NCBI GenBank assembly: GCA_964432275.1
Contig: CAYSMH010000002.1
Span: 9,418 to 73,417 of the forward strand
From: an uncultured Candidatus Saccharibacteria bacterium
Lineage (GTDB): Bacteria > Patescibacteriota > Minisyncoccia > Phycocordibacterales > UBA9973
Reading direction: 5' to 3'
Length of the DNA stretch: 64,000 bases
The first letter of the stretch is position 1. Each line of letters starts with the position of its first letter. Under the pieces are notes generated by a model, which saw only the letters and a list, made by a program, of their open reading frames with translations, did not search any database and had not been told where the DNA came from. Made by a program: the position numbers and the translations under genes. Shown in pieces: positions 9,668 through 18,952 of this stretch.

Positions 9668-10740
9668 TCACGCTTAACGTCATCAAAATTTTCTTACCCA
9701 CTGCACTTGCCTTCCTTATAGGTATTGCGATCACGCCAAGACTCACGGATTTCATGTACAAGCATAAACTCTGGAGACGCCGACCCCGCACCGATGGAGA
9801 AACTATTACCAACACTGATTTTGCAAAACTCAACAACAGCCAAGCTGAAGTTTCAACACCGCGTGTAGGAGGTGTCATTATCTGGCTCTCAGTAACCGCA
9901 ACCATTGCACTTATGTGGATCGTATCACGAGTATTTCCTTCAGACCTTTCTACGAAGCTTGATTTTTATAGTCGTAGCCAAACTTTAGTACCTCTTGCAA
10001 GTCTTGTCTTTGGAAGCTTGCTTGGGCTCCTGGATGACTTTTTTGAAATACGAGGCAGAAGTGGGGTAACTCATGCCAATGACAAAGAGATCAAGTTTCG
10101 GTATATCAAGATTGGATTGATTTGTATCGTGGGGCTCGTTATCGGTGCATGGTTTTATGTGAAGCTTGGTATGACTGGTATTGCAATACCATTTACGGCT
10201 TCTACACTAACGCTTGGTAGTCTGTTTATTCCATTCTTCATTTTGATACTTGTTGCAGTATTTTCAGGAGGGGTGATCGATGGTATGGACGGCCTCGCAG
10301 GTGGAGTGCTTGCCATCATATTTGCTGCATATTCGATTATTGCATTTGGACAAAACCAGATCGACATTGCAGCATTTTGTGGGGTGATTGCTGGGGCAAT
10401 ATTGGCATTTTTATGGTTCAACATCCCACCTGCACGATTCTACATGGGCGAAACAGGTATGATGGGACTCCTTGTCGTACTCACTGTAGTTGCATTTCTC
10501 ACCGATACTGTGTTGTTACTCCCACTTATCGCATTTCCACTTGTTGCCTCAAGCGCATCTTCTCTTATCCAAATCTTTTCATACAAATATTGCGGCAAAC
10601 GACGCGTGTTTCGTGTAGCACCACTTCATCACCATTTCCATGCGATCGGTTGGTCTCGAGAAAAAATCGTTATGAGATACTGGGTTGTTAGTATTATTGT
10701 TGCGATCCTTGGTGTTGTAATCGCACTTATTAGTAATTAA
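9664..10740 (+). CDS. mraY: phospho-N-acetylmuramoyl-pentapeptide transferase (GT4 MraY/WecA family)
   Basis: 358 aa polytopic membrane protein; GLLDDFFEIRG (DDxxD-like), GGVIDGMDGLAGG, C-terminal APLHHHFHAIGW; context with ftsW-murG. Confidence 0.75.
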   Translation: MITLNVIKIFLPTALAFLIGIAITPRLTDFMYKHKLWRRRPRTDGETITNTDFAKLNNSQAEVSTPRVGGVIIWLSVTATIALMWIVSRVFPSDLSTKLDFYSRSQTLVPLASLVFGSLLGLLDDFFEIRGRSGVTHANDKEIKFRYIKIGLICIVGLVIGAWFYVKLGMTGIAIPFTASTLTLGSLFIPFFILILVAVFSGGVIDGMDGLAGGVLAIIFAAYSIIAFGQNQIDIAAFCGVIAGAILAFLWFNIPPARFYMGETGMMGLLVVLTVVAFLTDTVLLLPLIAFPLVASSASSLIQIFSYKYCGKRRVFRVAPLHHHFHAIGWSREKIVMRYWVVSIIVAILGVVIALISN

Positions 10741-10741
10741 T

Positions 10742-11866
10742 ATGCGAACAATTATCACAAAAGAATCTCAAAAACCCTTTGATCGATACTTTCTAGGGAT
10801 TGTGGCAGTTATCACCCTGATTGGCTTGTTTTCATTCGTATCGGCTAGTCTAGGGATTCTTGCAAAAAGTGAGAGCAAGTTTTACGGCGTATTGTTTAAC
10901 CAGTTAGTTCTTGGTCTAGTAGGCGGATCAATAGCGCTATGGGTAACTATGCACATCCCGTATGTACTCTGGCGAAAACATGCCTTTTATATATTCCTTG
11001 CGACACTTATTCTTACACTTCTTGTTTTTATTCCAAGTCTTGGATTTGAGCATGGAGGTGCACAGCGATGGATTTCTATTGGGGCACTCTCTTTTCAACC
11101 AGCAGAATTTCTCAAGCTTGGCTTTGTTATTTATTTTGCGACCTGGCTTGCGTGGACCCACAAACAAAAACAAGAACTACGATTTAAAATTCTACCCCTT
11201 ATCATTCTTTTAGGTATCGTTGCTGCTATTTTACTCAAACAGCCTGATACAAAAAGCCTGATACTGATCACAACCGCTGCATGTGCTATGTTATTTGTCT
11301 CTGGAGTTTCTTGGAAAAAGATAGGGATTATCGTTGCGGTGGGAATTATTGGAATCACTCTACTTGCATTCATTCGTCCATACGTAATGGAACGTATTGA
11401 AACATTTATTAATCCATCATCAGACCCACGCGGTTCATCCTATCAGCTACAGCAATCACTGATCGCTATCGGCTCAGGGGGTATGTTTGGGCGTGGGCTT
11501 GGACAGAGTGTACAAAAATTTGGCTACCTCCCAGAACCACAAGGTGACTCAGTGTTTGCGGTTATAGGTGAAGAGTGGGGGTTTATAGGTTCAGGTATAC
11601 TGGTTGTATTGTATATTTTCTTGGCAGTCCGAGGGCTCAAGATAGCACTGCGTGCACCAGATACCTTCGCACGGTATCTCGTTGTAGGTATCACTACGCT
11701 CATCACTGCGCAGTCATTTCTCAACATCGCATCTCTTCTTGGGCTTTTTCCACTGACCGGTGTGCCACTGGTTTTTATCTCTCACGGAGGTACATCGCTT
11801 GCGATCGCACTTGCAGCAGTCGGTATTATTCTTAATGTGTCAAGATACCAAAAAAAGGTATACTAA
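10742..11866 (+). CDS. ftsW: SEDS-family peptidoglycan glycosyltransferase FtsW/RodA
   Basis: 374 aa; ~10 TM helices; conserved QPAEFLKLGFVIYFATWL and C-terminal SHGGTSLAIA motifs. Confidence 0.85.
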   Translation: MRTIITKESQKPFDRYFLGIVAVITLIGLFSFVSASLGILAKSESKFYGVLFNQLVLGLVGGSIALWVTMHIPYVLWRKHAFYIFLATLILTLLVFIPSLGFEHGGAQRWISIGALSFQPAEFLKLGFVIYFATWLAWTHKQKQELRFKILPLIILLGIVAAILLKQPDTKSLILITTAACAMLFVSGVSWKKIGIIVAVGIIGITLLAFIRPYVMERIETFINPSSDPRGSSYQLQQSLIAIGSGGMFGRGLGQSVQKFGYLPEPQGDSVFAVIGEEWGFIGSGILVVLYIFLAVRGLKIALRAPDTFARYLVVGITTLITAQSFLNIASLLGLFPLTGVPLVFISHGGTSLAIALAAVGIILNVSRYQKKVY

Positions 11867-11873
11867 TAGTCAT

Positions 11874-13010
11874 ATGAAAATCCTACTCACAGGCGGCGGC
11901 ACTGGCGGACATTTCTACCCACTTATAGCGATTGCCGAAGAACTCAACAAGCTGGCAGACGAAGAGCGCATCATCAACATGAAGCTCTATTACATGTCAG
12001 ATAAACCATATGACCCTGATATACTCGAGGAGCAATTCATTACATTTATCCCAATTACTGCAGGGAAGCTGCGCATATATTTCTCGTTTAGAAATATACT
12101 CGACATTGGTAAAACGATCATTGGAGTCATCACGAGCTTGTTCAAGGTGTTTAAACTCTACCCTGACGTTATTATTTCTAAGGGTGGCTATGCAGCATTT
12201 CCAGTACTTGTGGCAGCGAAACTTCTCCGTATACCAACCATTATTCACGAGAGTGATACCGTACCGGGAAGAGTAAACAAATGGTCGGGTACATTTGCTC
12301 GACGTATTGCGCTCTCGTATCCTGAAGCAGCGCAATACTTCGACTCAAAAAAAATAGCAGTAACAGGGCAACCGGTTCGCAAAAACTTTATTCACCCCGT
12401 ACGCGAAGGTGCTAAAGAATTTTTTGAACTTCCCAACAACTTACCTGTAATCGGTATCTATGCAGGATCACTCGGAGCAAAAGCAATCAATGACGTAGTT
12501 GTAAATATCGTTCCTGAGTTAATAAAAAAGTATCAAATTATCCATCAAACAGGGGAGAAAACTTATGACGATGTTACTACTGAAGTACGCATCTCTCTTG
12601 GAGATGACACCAAGCGTAGTCGATACAAGGCATTCAAATCACTCAACAGTGTTCAATCCAAAGTGTTTGCAGGAGCAGTAGATCTCGTCATCGGCCGTGC
12701 AGGTTCTAGTATATTTGAGTTTGCAGCATGGGGTAAACCATCTATTATCATTCCTGGTAGAGGTGAAGTATTTCATGGAGATCATCAACGCAAAAATGCA
12801 TACCACTATGCACGTACCGGTGCTTGTGTAGTCATTGAAGAGACAAACCTTACTGCATCAGTACTATTGAGTGAAATTGAATCTATTTTAAGCAATAAAG
12901 AGCTTTATGAGGCTATGAGTAAGCATGCCCATGATTTCTTTATTCCTACTGCAAGTCGAATGATCGCAACCGAAGCACTAACTATTGCTCTATCTCACGA
13001 GAAACAATAA
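11874..13010 (+). CDS. murG: UDP-N-acetylglucosamine--N-acetylmuramyl-(pentapeptide) pyrophosphoryl-undecaprenol GlcNAc transferase
   Basis: N-terminal MKILLTGGGTGGHFYPLIAIAEEL (MurG G-loop); upstream GTG extension to 11760 overlaps ftsW and is rejected. Confidence 0.85.
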   Translation: MKILLTGGGTGGHFYPLIAIAEELNKLADEERIINMKLYYMSDKPYDPDILEEQFITFIPITAGKLRIYFSFRNILDIGKTIIGVITSLFKVFKLYPDVIISKGGYAAFPVLVAAKLLRIPTIIHESDTVPGRVNKWSGTFARRIALSYPEAAQYFDSKKIAVTGQPVRKNFIHPVREGAKEFFELPNNLPVIGIYAGSLGAKAINDVVVNIVPELIKKYQIIHQTGEKTYDDVTTEVRISLGDDTKRSRYKAFKSLNSVQSKVFAGAVDLVIGRAGSSIFEFAAWGKPSIIIPGRGEVFHGDHQRKNAYHYARTGACVVIEETNLTASVLLSEIESILSNKELYEAMSKHAHDFFIPTASRMIATEALTIALSHEKQ

Positions 13011-13848
13011 AACCTTTTTGCTGTGCGTATACATACGTAAACGATGCTCCCAAGAAAAATATCTGAGCAGAGTAATATATCCATACCAACATACCTACAA
13101 GGGAGGATGCTCCTCCAAAAACGTCTGTGTGTACCAAAAGTTTGATGTACTCTGTAATGAGTATATTTCCTACCATAAACAGTACAGACGTAATACATGC
13201 CCCCATACAGACGACGCTCCACGGCAAGGTACGATTTGGCAGTACTCGATAGATAACCATAAACAAAATAGTACTCAAAACAAGTGGTACAACAACTTGA
13301 AACAGTGAGGCAACAAACGAGAGTTGCGGGAGTAAGTTTACGGTAGACTGTGCAATAGAAATGAAAAAAGTGAGTCCAATTGATACTGCAAGAAGAATTG
13401 CAAGAAGAGGAATGAAGGCTAGTACGGCTATTTTCTCATGAAGAAATATGCCTATCTTGCGAAGGAGAGAAGTATGCTTCTTTTTCAGTAAAGGTGTGAC
13501 ATCCCAAAGTTCATCAAGATCACGATCGAGCTCCGAAAACACACCAATAGCACCGATTAGAAATATTGTCGCACTGACCATGGCTGCACTGACCGAAATA
13601 TCTTGGAGTGGAGTATTGTGAAGTATTTCACTGATATACAACGAAGCATTGCTTCCTACGGTTACTACGAGCTGGTGCATCAATGCATTTTCAACAACAT
13701 CTTTACTAAAAAGTAGTGCTGCAGCACTCACTACCAGCACAATAAGAGGTACGAATGAGAGCATCGCATAGTAGGAGAGTGCTGCACCCATTCTTGGTGC
13801 GTTATGACTATTCCAGTGTCGGAAAGATTTAAGTATGAGAGTTTTCAT
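12982..13848 (-). CDS. YihY/BrkB-family membrane protein
   Basis: Motif GAALSYYAMLSFVPLIVLV followed by multiple TM helices; ORF track extends to a TTG at 13932, but that extension would contain the LexA-box promoter, so ATG 13848 is preferred. Confidence 0.7.
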   Translation of the reverse strand: MKTLILKSFRHWNSHNAPRMGAALSYYAMLSFVPLIVLVVSAAALLFSKDVVENALMHQLVVTVGSNASLYISEILHNTPLQDISVSAAMVSATIFLIGAIGVFSELDRDLDELWDVTPLLKKKHTSLLRKIGIFLHEKIAVLAFIPLLAILLAVSIGLTFFISIAQSTVNLLPQLSFVASLFQVVVPLVLSTILFMVIYRVLPNRTLPWSVVCMGACITSVLFMVGNILITEYIKLLVHTDVFGGASSLVGMLVWIYYSAQIFFLGASFTYVYAQQKGFIVSREIEQ

Positions 13849-13900
13849 ACCTTGTAGTATATATGTTTTTTGAAATTTAGACTTATCCACAGCTTTTTTC

Positions 13901-13929
13901 TTGCATGTGAACGAACGTTCACCTATACT
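13901..13929 (+). promoter_or_regulatory. sigma70-like promoter with an embedded Cheo-type LexA (SOS) box
   Basis: -35 ttgcat (13901-13906), 17-nt spacer, -10 tatact (13924-13929); the spacer is GTGAAC-gaac-GTTCAC, matching GAAC-N4-GTTC; lexA lies ~450 bp downstream on the same strand. Confidence 0.5.
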
Positions 13930-13974
13930 CAATACAGGTCGCGATTATTATAAATAACTTGTCTTACCACTTTT

Positions 13975-14163
13975 ATGACACGACACCAATACACACAAAA
14001 CATTCACAAACAACTACAAGCACTAAACAAAAGGATCGATTATAAAATCATGCACGGACAGAGTTATATAGATGATTCTCGCCGTCACAAAGCACTCTTA
14101 CGTCAAATCAGCCGACAAACAAAGCAAGGATTCCTCGCACGTTTATTTCCAAGTCTCGCATAA
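13975..14163 (+). CDS. small basic hypothetical protein (62 aa), candidate SOS-regulated sORF
   Basis: ATG ORF immediately downstream of the LexA-box promoter; no homology recognised; could instead be part of a long lexA leader. Confidence 0.3.
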   Translation: MTRHQYTQNIHKQLQALNKRIDYKIMHGQSYIDDSRRHKALLRQISRQTKQGFLARLFPSLA

Positions 14164-14168
14164 CTACT

Positions 14169-14354
14169 ATGAACACCCCATTTAAATCACTTATACATCA
14201 AGAAATGCTCCGTCTTGAGCAGTTGGTACACGAAAAAGACTCATTTTCAGGAAGCCTAACCCGATACGCTCGAAAAAACGGTATACTTCTTAACAAGCGC
14301 AAGCCTACATGGGGATGGTTCTCTATGGTTCGCGTTATGCAATTTCTCCTATAA
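14169..14354 (+). CDS. small hypothetical protein (61 aa), candidate SOS-regulated sORF
   Basis: ATG ORF between sORF1 and lexA in a third frame; no homology recognised. Confidence 0.25.
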   Translation: MNTPFKSLIHQEMLRLEQLVHEKDSFSGSLTRYARKNGILLNKRKPTWGWFSMVRVMQFLL

Positions 14355-14368
14355 CAATTATTACCACT

Positions 14369-14932
14369 ATGGATACCGACTACAAGAACAAACTTATCGC
14401 ATTTCATCACAGTCATAAACGTATGCCAACATACACTGAAATGCTGTCACTCTTTGGATTCAAATCCAAAAATGCTGTCGCACGTCTCGTCAATAAAATG
14501 ATTGCAGCAGGTATTGTCACCAAGGATAGGCTTGGAAAGCTTCTTCCTACTTCAATGTTTGATAGTATTCCACTTCTCGGCTCAGTCAAAGCAGGGTTTC
14601 CTTCTGCGGTAGATGAAGTTCTAGAATCGCTCAACCTTGAAGACTACCTAATCAAGAAAAAACGTGAGACGTACATGGTAGAAGTCGACGGAGATTCCAT
14701 GATAGAAGAGCATATCTGTGATGGTGACATTGTAATCGCAGAACGCACCAATATTGCTAAAAACGGTGATATCGTCATCGCAAATATTGACGGAGAATTC
14801 ACTATGAAATACCTACGTATCGATGGCAAAAAAAGTTGGCTCGAACCAGCGAACAAAGCATTCAAAGCTATGCACCCAAAAGAAAGTCTTACGGTGGTCG
14901 CTATTATTAGAGGAGTAATTCGTAAATACTAA
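14369..14932 (+). CDS. lexA: LexA repressor (S24 peptidase family)
   Basis: N-terminal wHTH (PTYTEMLSLFGFKSKNAVARLVNKMIAAGIV), Ala-Gly cleavage site in SVKAGFPSA, Ser in VDGDSMIEE and Lys in FTMKYLR; upstream ORF extension rejected. Confidence 0.85.
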   Translation: MDTDYKNKLIAFHHSHKRMPTYTEMLSLFGFKSKNAVARLVNKMIAAGIVTKDRLGKLLPTSMFDSIPLLGSVKAGFPSAVDEVLESLNLEDYLIKKKRETYMVEVDGDSMIEEHICDGDIVIAERTNIAKNGDIVIANIDGEFTMKYLRIDGKKSWLEPANKAFKAMHPKESLTVVAIIRGVIRKY

Positions 14933-15873
14933 CCGGGAGCTTCAACAGATGCTCGATTTGCAGCCTCCTTCTGTATGACAGGGAGGTTTTCTGTTATCAG
15001 AGTATTGAGTTCATCACTTGTAAGTGTTGTTGCGGTAGGATCTTGGGCAAGTTTTTTCCATGGAGCAGTCTTGTTGTATGCATATTCTCCAAAGACAATA
15101 ACAGGAGTACCTGAGGCAAGTTGTGTACTCTCATCAGATGAAAGAATCCACTGCTTTGCCCAGTCATAGACCCACTGTGCATCTTTTTCTGTCATGCGCA
15201 CACATGAGTGACTTGCAGGGTATCCAGGAAGTTCGTATTGGTGGAGTGAAATACCTTCCATGTTATCGAGGTTGAAATACCACGGCAAAATCCATTCATC
15301 TTGGATACTACTGACAACAAGCTTACCTTTCCAGTTTGTGAAATAGAGTTTGCTTGGAGTGGGGGTGTCTTTTTTGCCAGTACTAGTTACCATCCAGCGT
15401 ACGAGGGTGCCGTTTTCATATGCACCAATTGCTTGAATACGTTGAGAAACAAGCAGGAGTTGTGGGATATCTTTTGCTGCATCAAGGACTTGTGGGAACG
15501 GGGAAAGCGCGTCCCAATTGGTAAGATCTGAAGGAATAGTAATAGTTGTATTTTTAGAAATATGTTTATCATCCAAACGATTAAACGTAAGAACAAACCC
15601 GACATTGGAAAGACCAACCTCACGAGCAATCTCAGCACCTGGAGTATCGGTAGTAACAACTATACTGCGGTACGTAACCTTTGCTGGGGGAGTAATAGGT
15701 GCAGCCGGTTCAATTGGTTTTTCAACCAGCGGAGTATCAAGTACTACCGACACAGCATGATCTGGATGAATAGCTAGAACATACAAACCTGCACCCAGCA
15801 CAACAAGTGCAAGTGTCGAGACGACATGATGTCGTTGTAGCTTTTTATGCTTCATATATGTATTGTAACGCAC
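14929..15873 (-). CDS. L,D-transpeptidase (YkuD domain) with N-terminal membrane anchor and LysM-like segment
   Basis: Catalytic motif SLHQYELPGYPASHSCVRMTEKDAQWVYDWA...GTPVIVFG (His/Cys of YkuD); N-terminal TM helix. Confidence 0.8.
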   Translation of the reverse strand: MRYNTYMKHKKLQRHHVVSTLALVVLGAGLYVLAIHPDHAVSVVLDTPLVEKPIEPAAPITPPAKVTYRSIVVTTDTPGAEIAREVGLSNVGFVLTFNRLDDKHISKNTTITIPSDLTNWDALSPFPQVLDAAKDIPQLLLVSQRIQAIGAYENGTLVRWMVTSTGKKDTPTPSKLYFTNWKGKLVVSSIQDEWILPWYFNLDNMEGISLHQYELPGYPASHSCVRMTEKDAQWVYDWAKQWILSSDESTQLASGTPVIVFGEYAYNKTAPWKKLAQDPTATTLTSDELNTLITENLPVIQKEAANRASVEAPG

Positions 15874-15879
15874 AACGAC

Positions 15880-16491
15880 CTATTTTCTTACACTACGATG
15901 CTCAACCAATTTTCCTGCTGCTATTTCTACTTTGTCAGCCCTGCGTAGTTTGATACCTACTGGGAGAATAGAAATATGAGGACTATCATCAAGATCCGCA
16001 CCAATATCCCACAGATCCTCAACACTCGTGACCCACTCAGTACCGTAGCTGATCAAAGAGAAAGGTTGCGAATAGTCTCGCATAGTCTTTTCGCCTGTAT
16101 CAAGAAAATACTCATGAAAATAAGACAACGCAAGCTCACGAATAGTCTTGTACACAGGTTCTCGATATCGAAGTACTGCATGGTTGGTCTTGGAAATCGC
16201 ACCCCAACATCCATTTTTCTTAAACAGTGCAACAACATGATCAAGATCATTGCGAGTACTGCGCAAATCAAGCAATAGCGGCTTCTCTCCGTGGTACCAC
16301 AACACTGCTGCTGCCAAACATGCCCCCTCCAAACAATGCGCTTTTTTATGAATAAGAACTTCACGAGGAGACCTACAGGTTTCACCATTAGTTTCAAAGT
16401 TATATGGGAGTGTATTGAGAAAATCCTGAATTTTGGCAGGAGTTGAGAGCTTCTTAAACAAACGCTCTTCATCAGATCTAAGACCGAACAT
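15880..16491 (-). CDS. hypothetical protein, possible transglutaminase-like cysteine peptidase fold
   Basis: Cys in HKKAHCLEGACLAAAVL, then DHVVALFKKNGCWGAISKTN resembling the H..W..G.W..DPTN core of transglutaminase-like proteins; tentative. Confidence 0.4.
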   Translation of the reverse strand: MFGLRSDEERLFKKLSTPAKIQDFLNTLPYNFETNGETCRSPREVLIHKKAHCLEGACLAAAVLWYHGEKPLLLDLRSTRNDLDHVVALFKKNGCWGAISKTNHAVLRYREPVYKTIRELALSYFHEYFLDTGEKTMRDYSQPFSLISYGTEWVTSVEDLWDIGADLDDSPHISILPVGIKLRRADKVEIAAGKLVEHRSVRK

Positions 16492-16510
16492 ACTCTAGTA
16501 TAGCAAAAGC

Positions 16511-17215
16511 TTATGCTTTCAGTTGTGCTATATCATTCTCATAGAGCTTTTTCAAAGCACCAGGCTTCATTGTACCTACCAAAAGGTGTCCGATTGCAAT
16601 ACGCGTCAAAGACTCGATTGTAAGTTTACACACATCACACATGCGTCTGATCTGATGTTTACGGCCTTCGTGAAGTGTAATCAAAAATGACGAACGAGAC
16701 TTGCGCACTGCTACCGCCGGCTTTGTTTTTACCTTATCAAGCATGATACCTTTAGCCATTTTTTCTATAGCAGCATCAGAAATGTTTTCTCGGACAACTA
16801 CAAGATATGTTTTTCCAACACGTGAATTGTCTTTAGTTAGTGCCTTTGTCAGCGTTCCATCATTAGTCAGTATAATGAGTCCTGCAGTTTCTTTATCGAG
16901 CCGACCAACAGGTGCAAGATGGCGCAGGGTAGGGAACGTATCGTGTAGATCTTTAGACTTAGGACTTGTTTTAGAGGTTTCGACGCCAATAGGTTTATAT
17001 ACGAGATATGACTCTTTGTTTTTTTGGCCCAAAACTTGTATCACATCTGTACCGACTCTTATACCAAAACCTGGCTCGGTAACAATTTTTCCATTTACTT
17101 GTACCAATTTTTTAGCAATTAGATCTTTTGCCTCGCGTCGTGAAGCTACCCCTTGGTGAGCGATGACTCGCTCTAGTCGTTCGTAACCAAGAGGTAGGGT
17201 AGAGCTAGATTTCAT
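16511..17215 (-). CDS. pseudouridine synthase, RsuA/RluB family (S4 domain + catalytic domain)
   Basis: S4 segment RLERVIAHQGVASRREAKDLIAKKLVQVNG; catalytic PVGRLDKETAGLIILTNDG; start MKSSSTLP at 17215 (ORF extends to 17251). Confidence 0.85.
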   Translation of the reverse strand: MKSSSTLPLGYERLERVIAHQGVASRREAKDLIAKKLVQVNGKIVTEPGFGIRVGTDVIQVLGQKNKESYLVYKPIGVETSKTSPKSKDLHDTFPTLRHLAPVGRLDKETAGLIILTNDGTLTKALTKDNSRVGKTYLVVVRENISDAAIEKMAKGIMLDKVKTKPAVAVRKSRSSFLITLHEGRKHQIRRMCDVCKLTIESLTRIAIGHLLVGTMKPGALKKLYENDIAQLKA

Positions 17216-17289
17216 ACGGTAAGTATAACAAAAATAAAAACATATGTACACAAGAAGTCAAGATGACATACGGTGTATGATACGGCCAT

Positions 17290-17640
17290 ATGCAGACAGA
17301 CACCAATTACAAACCATTTTTAACCGCGCTTATTATCATTGGAATTATCATCATTATCATGCTGGCACGTCCTCGTATAGGGCAGCAGCGCTCATACTCT
17401 ATGAGTGGATACAACCTCAGTGCCAGTACAACGCGCTATATGCCTATAGAGCCTCCACGAGGCACATATAGCGTGATTCGCTACGTTCCTGAGCACCGTA
17501 CCACTCGATACTCTGTACCGACCTCATACAGCTACTCATACACGGACGGATACGCTCCAGATACGAGTGGGACCATGTTTCCAGATGGCTGCACTCTCAC
17601 GAGCCCATACAGTCTCACGACGGGGCTACCGTGTAGCTAA
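17290..17640 (+). CDS. hypothetical small membrane/secreted protein
   Basis: 116 aa; N-terminal TM helix (FLTALIIIGIIIIIML), Ser/Thr/Tyr-rich tail with two Cys; followed by a strong terminator. Confidence 0.4.
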   Translation: MQTDTNYKPFLTALIIIGIIIIIMLARPRIGQQRSYSMSGYNLSASTTRYMPIEPPRGTYSVIRYVPEHRTTRYSVPTSYSYSYTDGYAPDTSGTMFPDGCTLTSPYSLTTGLPCS

Positions 17641-17651
17641 ACATATCAAAT

Positions 17652-17685
17652 AAAAATCCCCGCAATATGCGGGGATTTTTATTAT
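17652..17685. terminator. bidirectional rho-independent terminator
   Basis: aaaaatccccgc-aatat-gcggggattttt; serves the + gene 17290..17640 and the - gene 17682..18260. Confidence 0.65.
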
Positions 17686-18260
17686 GGATTATTGAGCGGT
17701 GCTACATAAGCATTATAGTCAGCACACCAAGCTGCTGCATCTTGTGGTGTACTAAAGTCTGATTTTTTTGCACCTGGTTTAAATTTATAACTACCAAACG
17801 GAAATGCTTTTTTCCATTCTTGCCACCCATAAGTTACAGTGTTACCAACAGCTACACAATGACGTCGATCTGGGCGACTAAAGAAAAGCATTGTTGTAGG
17901 TACTGGGGTAGTAAGGGTTGTTTCAGGGGTCAATACGGAAATACCTCCAATAATTACCGGGGGTGTAAGCACTGTAGATCCTGACGCTGAAAACTTAGAG
18001 CTATTAGTTGAGGTGTTGGTAGTTGTGATTATTGTAGAATTAGAAATATCCACAGGATCTATTGGCTGTCCACTAGATCCAGTGGTCGTGTTCCGCAATT
18101 TTACCGCACCACTGTTATTAGTAGCCGGTTGAATTTTTTGAGAATCTTGCTGTAGTAAGCGACTTGACTGAGCGGGTTGTGCATCAATACCACTAGAGAG
18201 CCCCATAGTAATCACTGCAACTGCAACGATTACAACAATAGTGCCGATTACTTTTTTCAT
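17682..18260 (-). CDS. hypothetical secreted protein (signal/TM anchor, Ser/Thr-rich linker, Cys-containing C-terminal domain)
   Basis: 192 aa; N-terminal hydrophobic helix, low-complexity T/S/N-rich region, C-terminal CVAVG...WCADYNAY. Confidence 0.5.
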   Translation of the reverse strand: MKKVIGTIVVIVAVAVITMGLSSGIDAQPAQSSRLLQQDSQKIQPATNNSGAVKLRNTTTGSSGQPIDPVDISNSTIITTTNTSTNSSKFSASGSTVLTPPVIIGGISVLTPETTLTTPVPTTMLFFSRPDRRHCVAVGNTVTYGWQEWKKAFPFGSYKFKPGAKKSDFSTPQDAAAWCADYNAYVAPLNNP

Positions 18261-18321
18261 TGAAATAAAAACATATTATATTAAACAGATAATGTACATA
18301 TTATACTTTACATGAATAAAA

Positions 18322-18352
18322 CCGTCAAAAAAGCCTCCTAATGTAAGGAGGC
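18322..18352 (-). terminator. rho-independent terminator for the 18370..18852 gene
   Basis: - strand hairpin agcctcc-taatgtaa-ggaggct followed by ttttttgacgg. Confidence 0.5.
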
Positions 18353-18369
18353 TTCAACTCTTGATTATT

Positions 18370-18852
18370 TTAATAAATATAATCAAAAATTTGTACTACG
18401 TTTCGACGTGCTTTCTTAAACAATCTTTTTTTTGACATTAAATGCGTTCGAGCTCTAAGTCTACCAAAAAATAAGAACGTGCGTCTAACTGTGACTACAC
18501 TAACAAACAAACCTTTTGCTTCTATCACATTGTACCCGTCAATTAATAACGCTTGGTGGGTTAAAAACAAATTACAAAATCCAACCGCTTCGTTAATCGA
18601 AAGTGCCGTATCTGGAGAATGATTATACGTCCCAGGAAAATAAAGAATAATTTTTGGTGAAAAAATATTCTTTACTAATGAACCTGAGGGGTGCATTGCA
18701 GCATTTTCCATCATACGCTCCATTTTTCTTCCGTAATCTACGTCCATATTTATAGCCATTTCAGGCAGTACAACAGGGGGTACAACAATGCTGTCTTGAG
18801 CATTTGTTAAAAGCATAGTCAGACAAAGAACTACCGTGAAAAGTGCTTTCAT
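18370..18852 (-). CDS. hypothetical secreted protein with very basic C-terminus
   Basis: 160 aa; cleavable-looking signal peptide MKALFTVVLCLTMLLTNAQD; C-terminal RRTFLFFGRLRARTHLMSKKRLFKKARR. Confidence 0.5.
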   Translation of the reverse strand: MKALFTVVLCLTMLLTNAQDSIVVPPVVLPEMAINMDVDYGRKMERMMENAAMHPSGSLVKNIFSPKIILYFPGTYNHSPDTALSINEAVGFCNLFLTHQALLIDGYNVIEAKGLFVSVVTVRRTFLFFGRLRARTHLMSKKRLFKKARRNVVQIFDYIY

Positions 18853-18952
18853 GATACATAATTTTAGTTTACAACACTATAAAGTGATATAGGTATATTG
18901 TCAATAGATACGCAAATTGCACTGTACGAATACCATTGATACACTTTTATAC

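Noticed and set aside
11760-11873. GTG-initiated extension of murG
   Set aside because: It overlaps the ftsW C-terminus. The MurG glycine-rich loop starts right after ATG 11874.
13849-13932. TTG-initiated extension of the YihY gene
   Set aside because: The extension would contain the LexA-box promoter (13901-13929). The YihY family N-terminus matches MKTLILKSF at ATG 13848.
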